In this document: positions 36,157 to 46,220 of the stretch, piece by piece
Numbering within the stretch: position 1 is the stretch's first letter
How the letters are laid out: each line of letters begins with the position of its first letter
Source of the DNA: Candidatus Saganbacteria bacterium
GTDB lineage: Bacteria; Margulisbacteria; WOR-1; XYC2-FULL-46-14; XYC2-FULL-37-10
Assembly (NCBI GenBank): GCA_016223245.1
Contig: JACRPL010000006.1
Location: 21,417-85,416 of the forward strand
DNA: 64,000 bases
Direction: 5' to 3'
Notes under the pieces: model-generated
Told to the model about the DNA's origin: nothing
Database searches by the model: none
What the model saw: the letters and a program-made list of their open reading frames with translations, nothing else
Program-made: the position numbers and the translations under genes

Positions 36157-38607
36157 ATGAAAACCGCAAGACAGATTTTATATATTATCTTTATCATCGC
36201 TTTTATGGCTGCGGCTTCAAATGCAATTATTTTTTTGGACCCGCAGCAGAATATCTATCATCTCGACGGAAAGGCCTATCAAACATCAAATGACCTGGGC
36301 CAAAGTTTTACAAAATATAAAAGCCCTGTTTCAAGCGAGGCGAAATATGATCTTGTTTCCGGCCAAAATCTTTACTTGTTCGTAAACAATGATAACAAAT
36401 TGTGGGTCCGCGAAAGTTTGGACCTTGGCCAAAGCTTTTCCCCTGCAAAACTGATAATAAACGATTTTAATCCTGACAATTACTCTGTTTTAATAAATAA
36501 CGGCATTTGGCATCTATTTTCCGCGGAGAAAAAGCGATTATATTACTCATTATCTTCAAATAATGGTCAAAGCTTTTCGCGGCCTGTGCTTATGGCGGAT
36601 TTTTATGTCGATTCGTATGAGATATTTCCCCAAAAAGACAAGATAACGATTTTTGCTAATTCAGGAAAAAATATCTACAAGATCGACGCAATAAACCAGA
36701 CAATTTCAAACCCGATCGAACTTCATGTTTCGGATAACACGATCTCAAGCCTCATAGGGTTTGACCATTCCTTCCTTCCGGAAAATCCCGTTCTTATATG
36801 GGCCGAAATTTTACCAAGCGGCCAAACTGAAATAAAATACCTGCCTGAAAATAAAAAAGAACCTATTTCATTGTATCAATCATCTTATAAAATGACAGGG
36901 ACGGAAGCCAAGCAATCTTATGGGGTTTTTCTCTTGTTTTTTTCTGAATATTTGCCGGATGGGCCGGTCCCGCATCTTATCAGGTTCGACAAATATGGAG
37001 GCTTGGTCCATAGGGCAGAAAAATTATTTGAATCAAGGCCTCCCGCGGAAAAATATTTGGGCTCCTACCCTTTAGGCAATAAGCTTATTTCATTCTTTGA
37101 AAAAAACGGCGATTTGGCGGCCAGCAATATTATCAAATTTACGCCGCAGCTTAAAATCGAAATTCCGAAAGATGCCTTTGTGACAAATCAAAACACCGTC
37201 CATTTCAAGCTTAGTGTTTCAAATGGCGATCCAAGCCAGCTGATCTACGGCTTAAAAATATGCTCGGACCCAAGTTTTCGCGATGATAAGACTTTTGATA
37301 TAAATAATATTTCTTCAGAAACGGATGTTTTATTGCCTTTGCCGGATGGGAATTATGCAATCAAGGCATATGCTACAGACGGCATCTCATACGTAAAATC
37401 TTCCAATGTTTTCGGGCTAACCCTGGACCGGATCCCCCCAAAGATCAAAATATTAAACGATGCCGAAGAGCTTTTTTTAACAGGTTCTGACACGATAGAG
37501 ATTAGGGGCTTGGTTTTAAGCGGGGAAGCGCTTTTTGTTAACGGAAAAAAAGTTGATGTCGGGAAGAATGGCCAGTTTTCATCAATGATCAATCTTTTCC
37601 CAGGAAAAAACAATATTTTGGTCCTTGCAACTGACGAGGCTTCGAACGCATCTTCCGAAAGCCTCTCTATAACTTACAGCGACGATATCCCTCAATTACA
37701 TATAATTTCCCCAAGGGCCGATGATTTCTATAAAAAAGATTCGACTCTTATTATTCGGGCGCAAGTAAAGGACAAGACAAACGATATCATTGCTGGGGCT
37801 GTATCTAATGTATTTATCGACAAGGAAAAGACGGGCGAAAGTCTTGATTTTGATCCCGAAAATTCAACTGTTTCGGGTTTTTTTAGCCTTCCTCCGGAGA
37901 TTGCCGATGGCGAACATTCGATCAAATTGACGCTTGTCGATTCTGCCGGGAACTTAGGGGTCGGGATTTCAAAGTTTAAGATCGACAATACAAAACCTGC
38001 CGTCAATAAAAAATTGTTCCGCGCAAGCGGAAAAAGCGTCAATTTGAGATTTTTCGAGGACGGTTCGGGCATCGACAGCTCCGGGTCATACCTTAAGCTT
38101 TTCCGGGGAAGTTTGGAGGTTGAAGGATATACAAAATACGATAAAAGTTCCGCTGCTTTTGTCCCGACAAACCCGATGCCTGACGGCAACTATTTATTGG
38201 AATATTCTCTTCGCGACATGGTCGGGAATTTTACAAGTAAGGAAAGCGCGCAAATATTAATTTCCTCTTTTGCCGCCCAATCTGTACTAGGAAGCGCTTC
38301 CGGCGATTTATCTATCCTAAGCCTCGAGAACGGCCCAAATCCTTTCAGCCCGGGCAATAATGAGACAACAACGATCAAATATTTAATGTCAGCTTCCGCA
38401 AATCTGGAATTGTATATTTATAACATGCTTGGCGACCTGATCTATAAGAAAAATTACGGCAATATGCCGGCAAGCGGTATTTTCACTTGGGACGGCAGTG
38501 ACCAGTACGGAAAAAAGGCCCTGGGCGGTATTTTTCCGTATGTGATAGCTGCTTCCGATCCAAACGGCAAGAAATATATTAAAAGGGGAAAGATCGCGGT
38601 CTTTTAA
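36157..38607 (+). CDS. Secreted multidomain protein: Asp-box (BNR) repeats, Ig-like domains, C-terminal FlgD-Ig/T9SS-CTD-like domain
   Basis: Signal peptide; SNDLGQSF/SLDLGQSF/SSNNGQSF; DRIPP, DNTKP; NGPNPFSP...IYNMLGDLI...WDGSD..G...GKIAVF. Confidence 0.82.
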   Translation: MKTARQILYIIFIIAFMAAASNAIIFLDPQQNIYHLDGKAYQTSNDLGQSFTKYKSPVSSEAKYDLVSGQNLYLFVNNDNKLWVRESLDLGQSFSPAKLIINDFNPDNYSVLINNGIWHLFSAEKKRLYYSLSSNNGQSFSRPVLMADFYVDSYEIFPQKDKITIFANSGKNIYKIDAINQTISNPIELHVSDNTISSLIGFDHSFLPENPVLIWAEILPSGQTEIKYLPENKKEPISLYQSSYKMTGTEAKQSYGVFLLFFSEYLPDGPVPHLIRFDKYGGLVHRAEKLFESRPPAEKYLGSYPLGNKLISFFEKNGDLAASNIIKFTPQLKIEIPKDAFVTNQNTVHFKLSVSNGDPSQLIYGLKICSDPSFRDDKTFDINNISSETDVLLPLPDGNYAIKAYATDGISYVKSSNVFGLTLDRIPPKIKILNDAEELFLTGSDTIEIRGLVLSGEALFVNGKKVDVGKNGQFSSMINLFPGKNNILVLATDEASNASSESLSITYSDDIPQLHIISPRADDFYKKDSTLIIRAQVKDKTNDIIAGAVSNVFIDKEKTGESLDFDPENSTVSGFFSLPPEIADGEHSIKLTLVDSAGNLGVGISKFKIDNTKPAVNKKLFRASGKSVNLRFFEDGSGIDSSGSYLKLFRGSLEVEGYTKYDKSSAAFVPTNPMPDGNYLLEYSLRDMVGNFTSKESAQILISSFAAQSVLGSASGDLSILSLENGPNPFSPGNNETTTIKYLMSASANLELYIYNMLGDLIYKKNYGNMPASGIFTWDGSDQYGKKALGGIFPYVIAASDPNGKKYIKRGKIAVF

Positions 38608-39938
38608 TAAGCCCCATGGGCAGTAATAACGACAGGGATCGTTTTTATTAAAATCTTAAAATCCATCCACAATGACCAGTTCTCGATGTAGTAGATATCG
38701 AGCCTTACCATATCCTCAAATGGCAAGAGCGATCGGCCTGATACTTGCCAAAGCCCTGTTATCCCGGGCTTTGTCCTCAATCTTTTTTTGTGCCATGGAG
38801 AATAATTTATAACCTCCGACGGGAGCGGCGGCCTGGGCCCCACTAGGCTCATATGGCCCAACAGCACATTGAACAATTGAGGCAATTCATCGATCGAAAG
38901 CCTCCTTATTATCACTCCGATGCGGGTTATCCTCGGGTCCTTCTTGATCTTAAAGATATGCCCCTCGACTTCGGACATGCCCTTGATCTTGTCTAACATT
39001 TCTTCGGCATTAATGACCATTGACCTGAATTTGAACATTGGGAAAAGGCAACCGTCTTGTCCTACGCGATTCTGCGAAAAAAATACCGGCCCCCTTGAAT
39101 TGATCTTGATCAGTAAGGCAACTATTATGAATAATGGCAATAATATAAAAAGCAGTACGCCGGAAACAATAATATCTACTAGCCGCTTAATGAACGCATT
39201 AAAGCCCGCCAAACCTATTTCGGAAACGGTTATTAGGGGCACTCCCCCTACTTCGTCGATATTTATCCGCGAAGCCATGATCTCAAGGATGCCTGGTACG
39301 ATCTTGAATTTTACCCGAAGGGTTTCGCAATCGGTAATCAGGTCGAGTATTTTCTTGTAAGGCATGGAGCTATCCGCAAAAATCACCTCATCGGCGGAAT
39401 TTTGCCTAATTGATTCTTTAAGCTTTGATGTATCCGTAATAAATCCGACTGGAAGCCCTCCTAAGGCCTTGACATGTTTGAGCCTTTGCGCAATCGTTTG
39501 TCCCATTTCGCCATGACCTACAATTAAGACTCGTTTGATCCCGATCCCGAATGAGTGCAATAGATTCCTTATAAAAGCGGATATTAATCTGTGTGAAAGC
39601 AGCAATAAAAATGAGAACAGCCATGCATACGCGATAAGAAGCCTTGAGAACCAAAATCCACGATATATGAACAGCATTCCGAATATGACAAATGATGCGA
39701 CGGTAACTGATAGCAGGAGCAAAGCGGCTTCGTCAATAATATCCGATGATTTTTTTTCATATAATCCGACCAGTTTGAAGATTGCAAGCCATAATATCGT
39801 GATAAAAAGAAGCGTTCCAGAAAATTTTTGGAAAACAGGCGCAAGACCGTGGGTCACAAATACCATTACATGGAACCTGACAAAATATGCCATCAGGAAC
39901 GAAACATTGATCAAAGCCGCATCAATTAAGACTTTCAT
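38604..39938 (-). CDS. Priming undecaprenyl-phosphate sugar-1-phosphate transferase (WcaJ/WbaP type)
   Basis: N-terminal TMs, KRLVD, FKFRSM, DPRITRIG, SIDELPQL, PGITGLWQV. Confidence 0.93.
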   Translation of the reverse strand: MKVLIDAALINVSFLMAYFVRFHVMVFVTHGLAPVFQKFSGTLLFITILWLAIFKLVGLYEKKSSDIIDEAALLLLSVTVASFVIFGMLFIYRGFWFSRLLIAYAWLFSFLLLLSHRLISAFIRNLLHSFGIGIKRVLIVGHGEMGQTIAQRLKHVKALGGLPVGFITDTSKLKESIRQNSADEVIFADSSMPYKKILDLITDCETLRVKFKIVPGILEIMASRINIDEVGGVPLITVSEIGLAGFNAFIKRLVDIIVSGVLLFILLPLFIIVALLIKINSRGPVFFSQNRVGQDGCLFPMFKFRSMVINAEEMLDKIKGMSEVEGHIFKIKKDPRITRIGVIIRRLSIDELPQLFNVLLGHMSLVGPRPPLPSEVINYSPWHKKRLRTKPGITGLWQVSGRSLLPFEDMVRLDIYYIENWSLWMDFKILIKTIPVVITAHGAY

Positions 39939-42271
39939 TTTTTAATCAATGACTTGACAAAGTCAAGCTCTTCCCGAGCCCTGGCTGTCTCGCCCCTCTT
40001 CCCGTAAATCTCTGCGAGGCCTTTATGGACATCGGCATTGTTCGGATCGGTTGTCAGCATCTCTTGGAATAATTTGAATGCGGGATCCAGTTCATTGCTC
40101 TTAAGGTGGCTAAAAGCTAATTTAAGCTTCGGCTCGGATAATGTTGGATTGATCCGGTATGCTTCAGCATAAGCTTTTTTTGCATCGTCAAATTTGCCTT
40201 GTTTTTCGGCAATCGCCGCATATGTCAAATAAGCTTCAGCGTAATACGGGTCTATCTTCAATGCGATCGCCGTGTTAATAAGTGTTTTCTCGATATTATT
40301 TTGCATCAAGTGTATCCTCGATGAAATATAATAGTTATCGGCATTAAGCGGATCGACTCTCATGCCGTAGGCAAAAGCATCCAGCGCTTCCTGCAATTTC
40401 TTCTGTTGGTCTTCTTGCGACGCCGGAGATGAAAGCGCATTGTTCAAAAGAGCTATCCCGTAATGCGTAACTGTTCCGCCTTCGTACGGGAAAATATCGA
40501 TAGCGCGATTGAAATATGGGACAGCTTCAGAAAATCTTCTCATATCAAGCAGTGTTTTGCCCATTTTGAATTCCTTGTCAGCTTTAAATTGTTGAACAGA
40601 AATAAGGCATAAATAAGCAGCAATAACTACAATTATTCCAGCCGGAATCCATGGGATATCGTCAAATTGCACTATTTTCTCGTTCTCATGCGCTTGATTA
40701 GAGCTAATATTCATTATAACAGCCCAAAAGACCCAAAATAGCGAAGTAATGGCTATTACCCCAAAACTGAATTGATTTTGGATAATGTACGAAGCAAGGC
40801 TTGCAAATACAACAACAATCAATACCTTGCGGTCATCATCAACGGATTTAAGCTTCAGTAAACCGAACCTGTACAATGATAAAAGTATAAATAAATATAC
40901 AAAGAACGATATCAAGCCTTTTGTTACCGGCACATCAAAGGTTTCATTGTGGCTCCTATCCTGTTTTACATGGAAAGCCTCTTTGAACCTGAACAAATCG
41001 GTTTCATACCTTGGAAATACCATCTTTAATACTTCAGGGCCAACCCCAAAAACAGGATTGTCGGAAATTATCCCAAGCGCGCTTTTCCATGTTTCTCCGC
41101 GCGACCCGGCAGCTCCCCCAAGCTCAACCGGCGTTTCTTTTTCCTTCGTTTTTATCTCGCTTTGCTCTTCGACCCCTTTTACTTTTATCTCGCCTGCAAA
41201 CCGCGCAAATGGCGAAAAATCGGGGTTTAAAGCGGTTGCGATCGAAATTACGCTTATAGCTATCAAGACAGCGGACAAAAGCTTCCAATTATCGACCAAT
41301 CTTTTTCTTGGGGCTAAGGCCAAGATCAAGACAAGGCCTACGCCTAAGCCGATATAGCCTCCCCTGCTTTGCGTATAGAAATTGCAGATATAAACAAGGA
41401 CGATGCTTATGCCAATAAGGGCTTTCATTGCCATGTCCGGCAATTTTTCAAAAGTTTGCGCAAACATTATTCCGCAGATAGCCGTTGGAATAAAGAAAAA
41501 ATACCAAATTAAGGGATTTTGGCCGTCCTGCGTGTAAATCATTATAATAAAAATAAGAGGGACCGCAAGATAATAGATGATCGGGAGTAATATATTATCA
41601 AGCCAGGCGCTCCCCTCTCGCCTTTTCAGGTCATCGAAGATTTTCTTTTTTTTTGTCAATATAATGGGGCGTTCGCTTTGGGCCTGCGGCACAAGCAGGA
41701 AAAAAAACAGTATAAAAAAAGCCATATCCATATATGCGGATAGGAAGTTCGGCTGGCCTATTGTTGCGATTACCCTCTGCCATGTCACGACCCCCCCCCA
41801 GACATATGGATCGTTCCCCATCCTCTGGATTATACCGTAAACTGCCATCGCAGTTGCAGTAGGCGCGACGATGGCGATGAGTTGTTTTAATTTAGCAAAT
41901 CCATGAAAATAATTTGTTGCAATAAAAAACATCATTGCATAACAATACCATGTAGTTAGCCCTTCATATCGGCCGTAAAAGCCAAAAAAACTGATAATCA
42001 CATTTATCGATGTGACCGTTGCGGCTGTCACACAGAGAAGATATGTTAAGATCGGCCAATCAAGGCGCGTGCGGGAAAAAACATGGTTTCCGCGGATCAA
42101 TATCTTGATGATCCAAATTGTCGCGATAAGAAGTATAAAAAGGCGGAGCATCGCAGATTTGGTGCCTGAAAACACAATACCGATCCTCCTGTCAAAAATA
42201 ATAGGCAATAGGATCATCAAGCCTAAGAACATCCATTCTATGGCTTTATCAAAGTATTTTATTTTCATCAA
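39935..42271 (-). CDS. O-antigen ligase/oligosaccharyltransferase-family membrane protein with C-terminal TPRs
   Basis: Many TMs, R..ATIGQPN, TQSRGGY, R.ETW...P.FGVGP, DRSHNE; TPR tail. Confidence 0.85.
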   Translation of the reverse strand: MMKIKYFDKAIEWMFLGLMILLPIIFDRRIGIVFSGTKSAMLRLFILLIATIWIIKILIRGNHVFSRTRLDWPILTYLLCVTAATVTSINVIISFFGFYGRYEGLTTWYCYAMMFFIATNYFHGFAKLKQLIAIVAPTATAMAVYGIIQRMGNDPYVWGGVVTWQRVIATIGQPNFLSAYMDMAFFILFFFLLVPQAQSERPIILTKKKKIFDDLKRREGSAWLDNILLPIIYYLAVPLIFIIMIYTQDGQNPLIWYFFFIPTAICGIMFAQTFEKLPDMAMKALIGISIVLVYICNFYTQSRGGYIGLGVGLVLILALAPRKRLVDNWKLLSAVLIAISVISIATALNPDFSPFARFAGEIKVKGVEEQSEIKTKEKETPVELGGAAGSRGETWKSALGIISDNPVFGVGPEVLKMVFPRYETDLFRFKEAFHVKQDRSHNETFDVPVTKGLISFFVYLFILLSLYRFGLLKLKSVDDDRKVLIVVVFASLASYIIQNQFSFGVIAITSLFWVFWAVIMNISSNQAHENEKIVQFDDIPWIPAGIIVVIAAYLCLISVQQFKADKEFKMGKTLLDMRRFSEAVPYFNRAIDIFPYEGGTVTHYGIALLNNALSSPASQEDQQKKLQEALDAFAYGMRVDPLNADNYYISSRIHLMQNNIEKTLINTAIALKIDPYYAEAYLTYAAIAEKQGKFDDAKKAYAEAYRINPTLSEPKLKLAFSHLKSNELDPAFKLFQEMLTTDPNNADVHKGLAEIYGKRGETARAREELDFVKSLIKK

Positions 42272-43334
42272 AAAATCTCCTTATTTTATCTTTAAATATC
42301 TCTTTATCGAATTTTTCGGCATGAGCTCTTAAAGTTTTCTTGTCGAAATCCATTTTATCAAACTTTTCAATTGCTTTCATTAGGCTTTCTGCAGATTGTT
42401 GGCCGAAGAATATTCCTGTTATTTCATCGACCACAGTTTCTAGCGCGCCGCCTTTAGCATATGCTATCGTAGGCCTTCCTGATGCCGCAGCTTCAAGAGG
42501 CGTCATTCCAAAATCTTCCTCGCCAGTAAGGATCAGCGCGCGGCATTCGGATAAAAGCTTCTTCAACTTTTGATCGCTGACCTTTCCTAAGAACGTAATA
42601 TTGGCGCTTGCATTCCGTTTTAATTGAGCTAATGAAGGACCCTCACCTGCTATAATTAAAGGCAGGCCTAACCTTGATACCGCTTCGACCGCGAGATCTA
42701 TCCGCTTATAACCGACAAGCCTTGAAACTATAAGAAAATAGTCCCCATCAATTGCCGATACTGCATATTGTTTTGTATCGATCGGCGGGTAGATCACTAT
42801 TGAATCGCGACTATATATTTGCTTTATCCTTTGGGAAACTATTTTTGAGATCGCGATAAAATGGTCCACATTTTTACTGTTATATAGATCCCAACATTTA
42901 ATGGGCGATAAGACGAACGGCAGTATCCAATTGATAAGGCCGGGGAAATTTTCTTTTTTTATATAATCGGAGTATCGCCAAACAAATCGCATTGGGTTAT
43001 AACAATAGCAGACGTGGACGGCGCCCTTCCGTTTTCTTATCCCTTTTGCGAACGCGGAACTTGAAGATAGTACCACATCATATCCCGATAAATTAAAACT
43101 TAGGAAAGCTAACGGATAAAGCGCGAAAAAGATCCTGAAGTTCTTAAAAATGAAGGGGATCCTTTGCATAAAGGATGTCCTAATAGCCATCTTTTTGAAG
43201 CTTTCGGGGAAATTGAATGGATTAAAGATCGAAGTATATATCGGGGCTTCAGGGAAAATTTTATGGAAAGCTTCTACGCATCTTTCGGCTCCGCCAAATT
43301 GGTGGAGGTAATCGTGGACAATGGCTATTTTAAT
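42249..43334 (-). CDS. Glycosyltransferase family 4 (likely start at non-canonical ATT 43334)
   Basis: Frame extends 48 codons upstream of the ORF-track ATG as IKIAIVHDYLHQFGGAERCV; EEDFGMTPLEA motif. Confidence 0.85.
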   Translation of the reverse strand: MKIAIVHDYLHQFGGAERCVEAFHKIFPEAPIYTSIFNPFNFPESFKKMAIRTSFMQRIPFIFKNFRIFFALYPLAFLSFNLSGYDVVLSSSSAFAKGIRKRKGAVHVCYCYNPMRFVWRYSDYIKKENFPGLINWILPFVLSPIKCWDLYNSKNVDHFIAISKIVSQRIKQIYSRDSIVIYPPIDTKQYAVSAIDGDYFLIVSRLVGYKRIDLAVEAVSRLGLPLIIAGEGPSLAQLKRNASANITFLGKVSDQKLKKLLSECRALILTGEEDFGMTPLEAAASGRPTIAYAKGGALETVVDEITGIFFGQQSAESLMKAIEKFDKMDFDKKTLRAHAEKFDKEIFKDKIRRFFDENKIL

Positions 43335-44302
43335 TTTTTTAAACGATTGAGATCGGCTTCGACCATTAATTCAACCAATTCATGGAATTTGATCTTTGGT
43401 TCCCAGGATAATTTTCTCCGAGCGAAGCTGTAGTCCCCGCATAAAATGTTCACTTCCGCCGGCCTGTACAATAGATCGTCCACAACAACATATTTCTTGT
43501 AATCCAGGCCGGCTATTGAAAATGCCAATTGGGCAAACTCTAGGATTGAGTGGGTTTCGTTCGTAGCGATGACAAAATCATCCGGTTTGTCCTGGCTTAA
43601 TATTTTCCACATCGCTTCGACATAATCGCCCGCAAAGCCCCAGTCCCTTTTTGCTTCAAGGTTTCCTAGCCGCAATTCTTTTTCAAGCCCAAGCTTTATC
43701 CTTGCAGCGGCATTAGTTATTTTTCTTGTGACGAATTCAAATCCCCTTCTTGGCGATTCATGGTTAAACAAAATTCCGCTGCAGGCAAAAAGGCCGTAAG
43801 CTTCCCTATAATTTCTTGTCAGGTCAAAGCCCGCTACCTTGGATATGCCGTAGGGCGATCTTGGGTGGAAAGGCGTATTTTCATTTTGAGGCGTTTCCGC
43901 GGCGGCGCCAAACATTTCAGATGATCCCGCGAAGTAAAACTTACACTTGGGCGCACGCTCTTTTATAGCGGACAACATATAATGGGTGCCGTTCAAATTG
44001 GTGTTGATCGTAGAAAATTCATCCTCGAACGAGTAGCTGACAAAACTCTGGGCGGCAAGATGATAGCACTCGTCGGGCATAACTTTTTCTATCACCTTAA
44101 AAAGGCTGGCATAATTTTCCAGGGATGCGGGATGAAGGATGAGTTTGCCGTAAAAATCCCTTAATCGCCACATCCTGTGTTCAATATCCTCCAGGGCAAC
44201 GCGCCTAATTATCCCATGCACTTCATACCCTTTCTTTAGAAGGAATTCCGACAAATATGATCCGTCTTGCCCAGTGATCCCTGTAATTAACGCTTTTTTC
44301 AT
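43325..44302 (-). CDS. gmd: GDP-mannose 4,6-dehydratase
   Basis: ALITGITGQDGSYL, LAAQSFV, PRSPYGISK, LFNHESPRRG, RDWG. Confidence 0.95.
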   Translation of the reverse strand: MKKALITGITGQDGSYLSEFLLKKGYEVHGIIRRVALEDIEHRMWRLRDFYGKLILHPASLENYASLFKVIEKVMPDECYHLAAQSFVSYSFEDEFSTINTNLNGTHYMLSAIKERAPKCKFYFAGSSEMFGAAAETPQNENTPFHPRSPYGISKVAGFDLTRNYREAYGLFACSGILFNHESPRRGFEFVTRKITNAAARIKLGLEKELRLGNLEAKRDWGFAGDYVEAMWKILSQDKPDDFVIATNETHSILEFAQLAFSIAGLDYKKYVVVDDLLYRPAEVNILCGDYSFARRKLSWEPKIKFHELVELMVEADLNRLKKLK

Positions 44303-45171
44303 GGTTTGATATGCTCCTTTTCGATCAAGTAAGCTTTGAGCCCTTCTTTCCAATCCGGCATGTCGTCAATCCCCAGTTCTTTAAGCTTCAGATGCGCCAA
44401 CACTGAATTCTTTGGTCTTCTGGCTTTTGTTTTATATTTGTTTGCGTTTGTCTTTTGCACAATTATGTTCATTTTCAGAAATTTAAATATCTGGTCGGCA
44501 TATTCCCACCAAGAACAAGAACCGGCATTCGTAATATGATACAGGCCAAAATGGTGAGTTTTAATTATTTGGTATATCTTTTTCGCTAAATCGCGAGTAT
44601 ATGTTGGGGTCAAAACTTCATCGGTCACAACTTTAATCTCTTGGGCGTTTTTTGCGCGTTTTATCATATTCTCGACAAAATTTCCTCCGCCTTTACCCAA
44701 ACATCCTGCCGCGCCATAAAGACCGGAAGTTCTGACAATGAAATGTTTTTCCCATAAATATTTAATAAATTGTTCACCAGCTAGTTTTGATATGCCGTAC
44801 GCGGATCTTGGGGTTGGGACAGTATCTTCGGTATATGGAGATGTTTTATCGCCATCAAATACATAATCAGTTGAAATATGGACAAGTTTTGCATTGATGT
44901 CGCGGCATGCGATCGCAAGGTTCTTGGCCCCATGAGCGTTCACTTTATAGGCTTCAACATCATTTTCTTCGCAAGCGTCAACCCTATGATATGCGGCTGT
45001 ATTTATTACAATATCAGGTTTTGATCCGCTCAATACCGATTTGCAGAGAGATTCATTTGTTATATCAATATCATTTAAGGTCAACGGTGCTTGCGACGAT
45101 TTGTCTATGATCTTACATAAATCAGTCCCTAATTGTCCATCTGCACCAATTATAGCGATCTTCACGATCAA
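44299..45171 (-). CDS. rfbD: dTDP-4-dehydrorhamnose reductase family protein
   Basis: GADGQLG, AAYHRVD, STDYVFDG, YGISKLAGE. Confidence 0.9.
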   Translation of the reverse strand: MIVKIAIIGADGQLGTDLCKIIDKSSQAPLTLNDIDITNESLCKSVLSGSKPDIVINTAAYHRVDACEENDVEAYKVNAHGAKNLAIACRDINAKLVHISTDYVFDGDKTSPYTEDTVPTPRSAYGISKLAGEQFIKYLWEKHFIVRTSGLYGAAGCLGKGGGNFVENMIKRAKNAQEIKVVTDEVLTPTYTRDLAKKIYQIIKTHHFGLYHITNAGSCSWWEYADQIFKFLKMNIIVQKTNANKYKTKARRPKNSVLAHLKLKELGIDDMPDWKEGLKAYLIEKEHIKP

Positions 45172-46196
45172 AATACCTTTCCGATGACTTTGAGCTTTGA
45201 TTCCATCTCGACTAGAAGCCTCATCCAGTCGATGTTATAATAGATCAGGTTTTCAAAATCAATATATTTGCCTGATCTCAATAAGCTGAATATTTCCAAG
45301 ACCGCTTCTTCAATAGAATGTTTTGCTTCAAAGCCAAGCACATCCCTTATCTTTTCGCTGTTCAACCTATAGCTTCGCGATTCCTTCGAGCCAAAAAGCA
45401 CCTCGATATCGACTTTTGTAAACTTCTTCAATATTTCAGCTACCCAATGCCCAAGTTCCAATATCCTATAGTTTTTGTGGTTGAGATTGAATATTTGGCC
45501 GGAAACTTTACCGCTTGGAGCTTTGATTCCCTCAATATGCGCCAATGCGATGTCTTTAACATGTATAAGAGGCCGCCAATTGTCCCCCGCACAATAAACA
45601 AATATCTTGTTTTTAGCAAAAGCATCCTTTGTCATTGTGTTGACAACAAGATCCCATCGCATTCTTGGAGAGAAACCAAAAACCGTTGCTTGCCTGAATA
45701 TGACAGGATGGAAGTTGTCCGAAACAAGGGATCGCAATCCATTTTCGGCGTCTAATTTCGATTGGGCATACTCCGATTGAGGATTCGGCGCATAAGTTTC
45801 ATCCGCGATCGTGTCAACATGGAATCCGATTATAGCGGCCGAACTTGCAAAAGTAAAACGATCAACGCCTTTTTTCTTGCATGCTTCCGCAACTCTCATT
45901 GTGCCCTCAAAATTTATTTCATGGTTAGCTTTAGGGTCGAATTCAGCGGTTGGATCGTTGCTTAATGAGCCAAGATGGGCAACAGCCTTGACATTGCTCA
46001 AGGCGTCTTCTGGAAACTGCCTGACATCGCCTTGTACTATTTCGATCTTATCCTTAACATCTTCCAAAGATCGGTCGCCAAAATACATCTTATCGAATAC
46101 TCTGACTTTTTCGCCTTTGTTTAGCAGTTCCCTAACGAGGACTGCTCCGATATATCCAGCCCCGCCGGTAATTAAAACTATATTTTTTGACATCAA
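45168..46196 (-). CDS. NAD-dependent epimerase/dehydratase
   Basis: GGAGYIG, SNDP, YAQSK, ATVFG.SPRMR.DLVVN. Confidence 0.9.
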   Translation of the reverse strand: MMSKNIVLITGGAGYIGAVLVRELLNKGEKVRVFDKMYFGDRSLEDVKDKIEIVQGDVRQFPEDALSNVKAVAHLGSLSNDPTAEFDPKANHEINFEGTMRVAEACKKKGVDRFTFASSAAIIGFHVDTIADETYAPNPQSEYAQSKLDAENGLRSLVSDNFHPVIFRQATVFGFSPRMRWDLVVNTMTKDAFAKNKIFVYCAGDNWRPLIHVKDIALAHIEGIKAPSGKVSGQIFNLNHKNYRILELGHWVAEILKKFTKVDIEVLFGSKESRSYRLNSEKIRDVLGFEAKHSIEEAVLEIFSLLRSGKYIDFENLIYYNIDWMRLLVEMESKLKVIGKVF

Positions 46197-46220
46197 ATGA
46201 CCTCTTATACCAATTTTATC

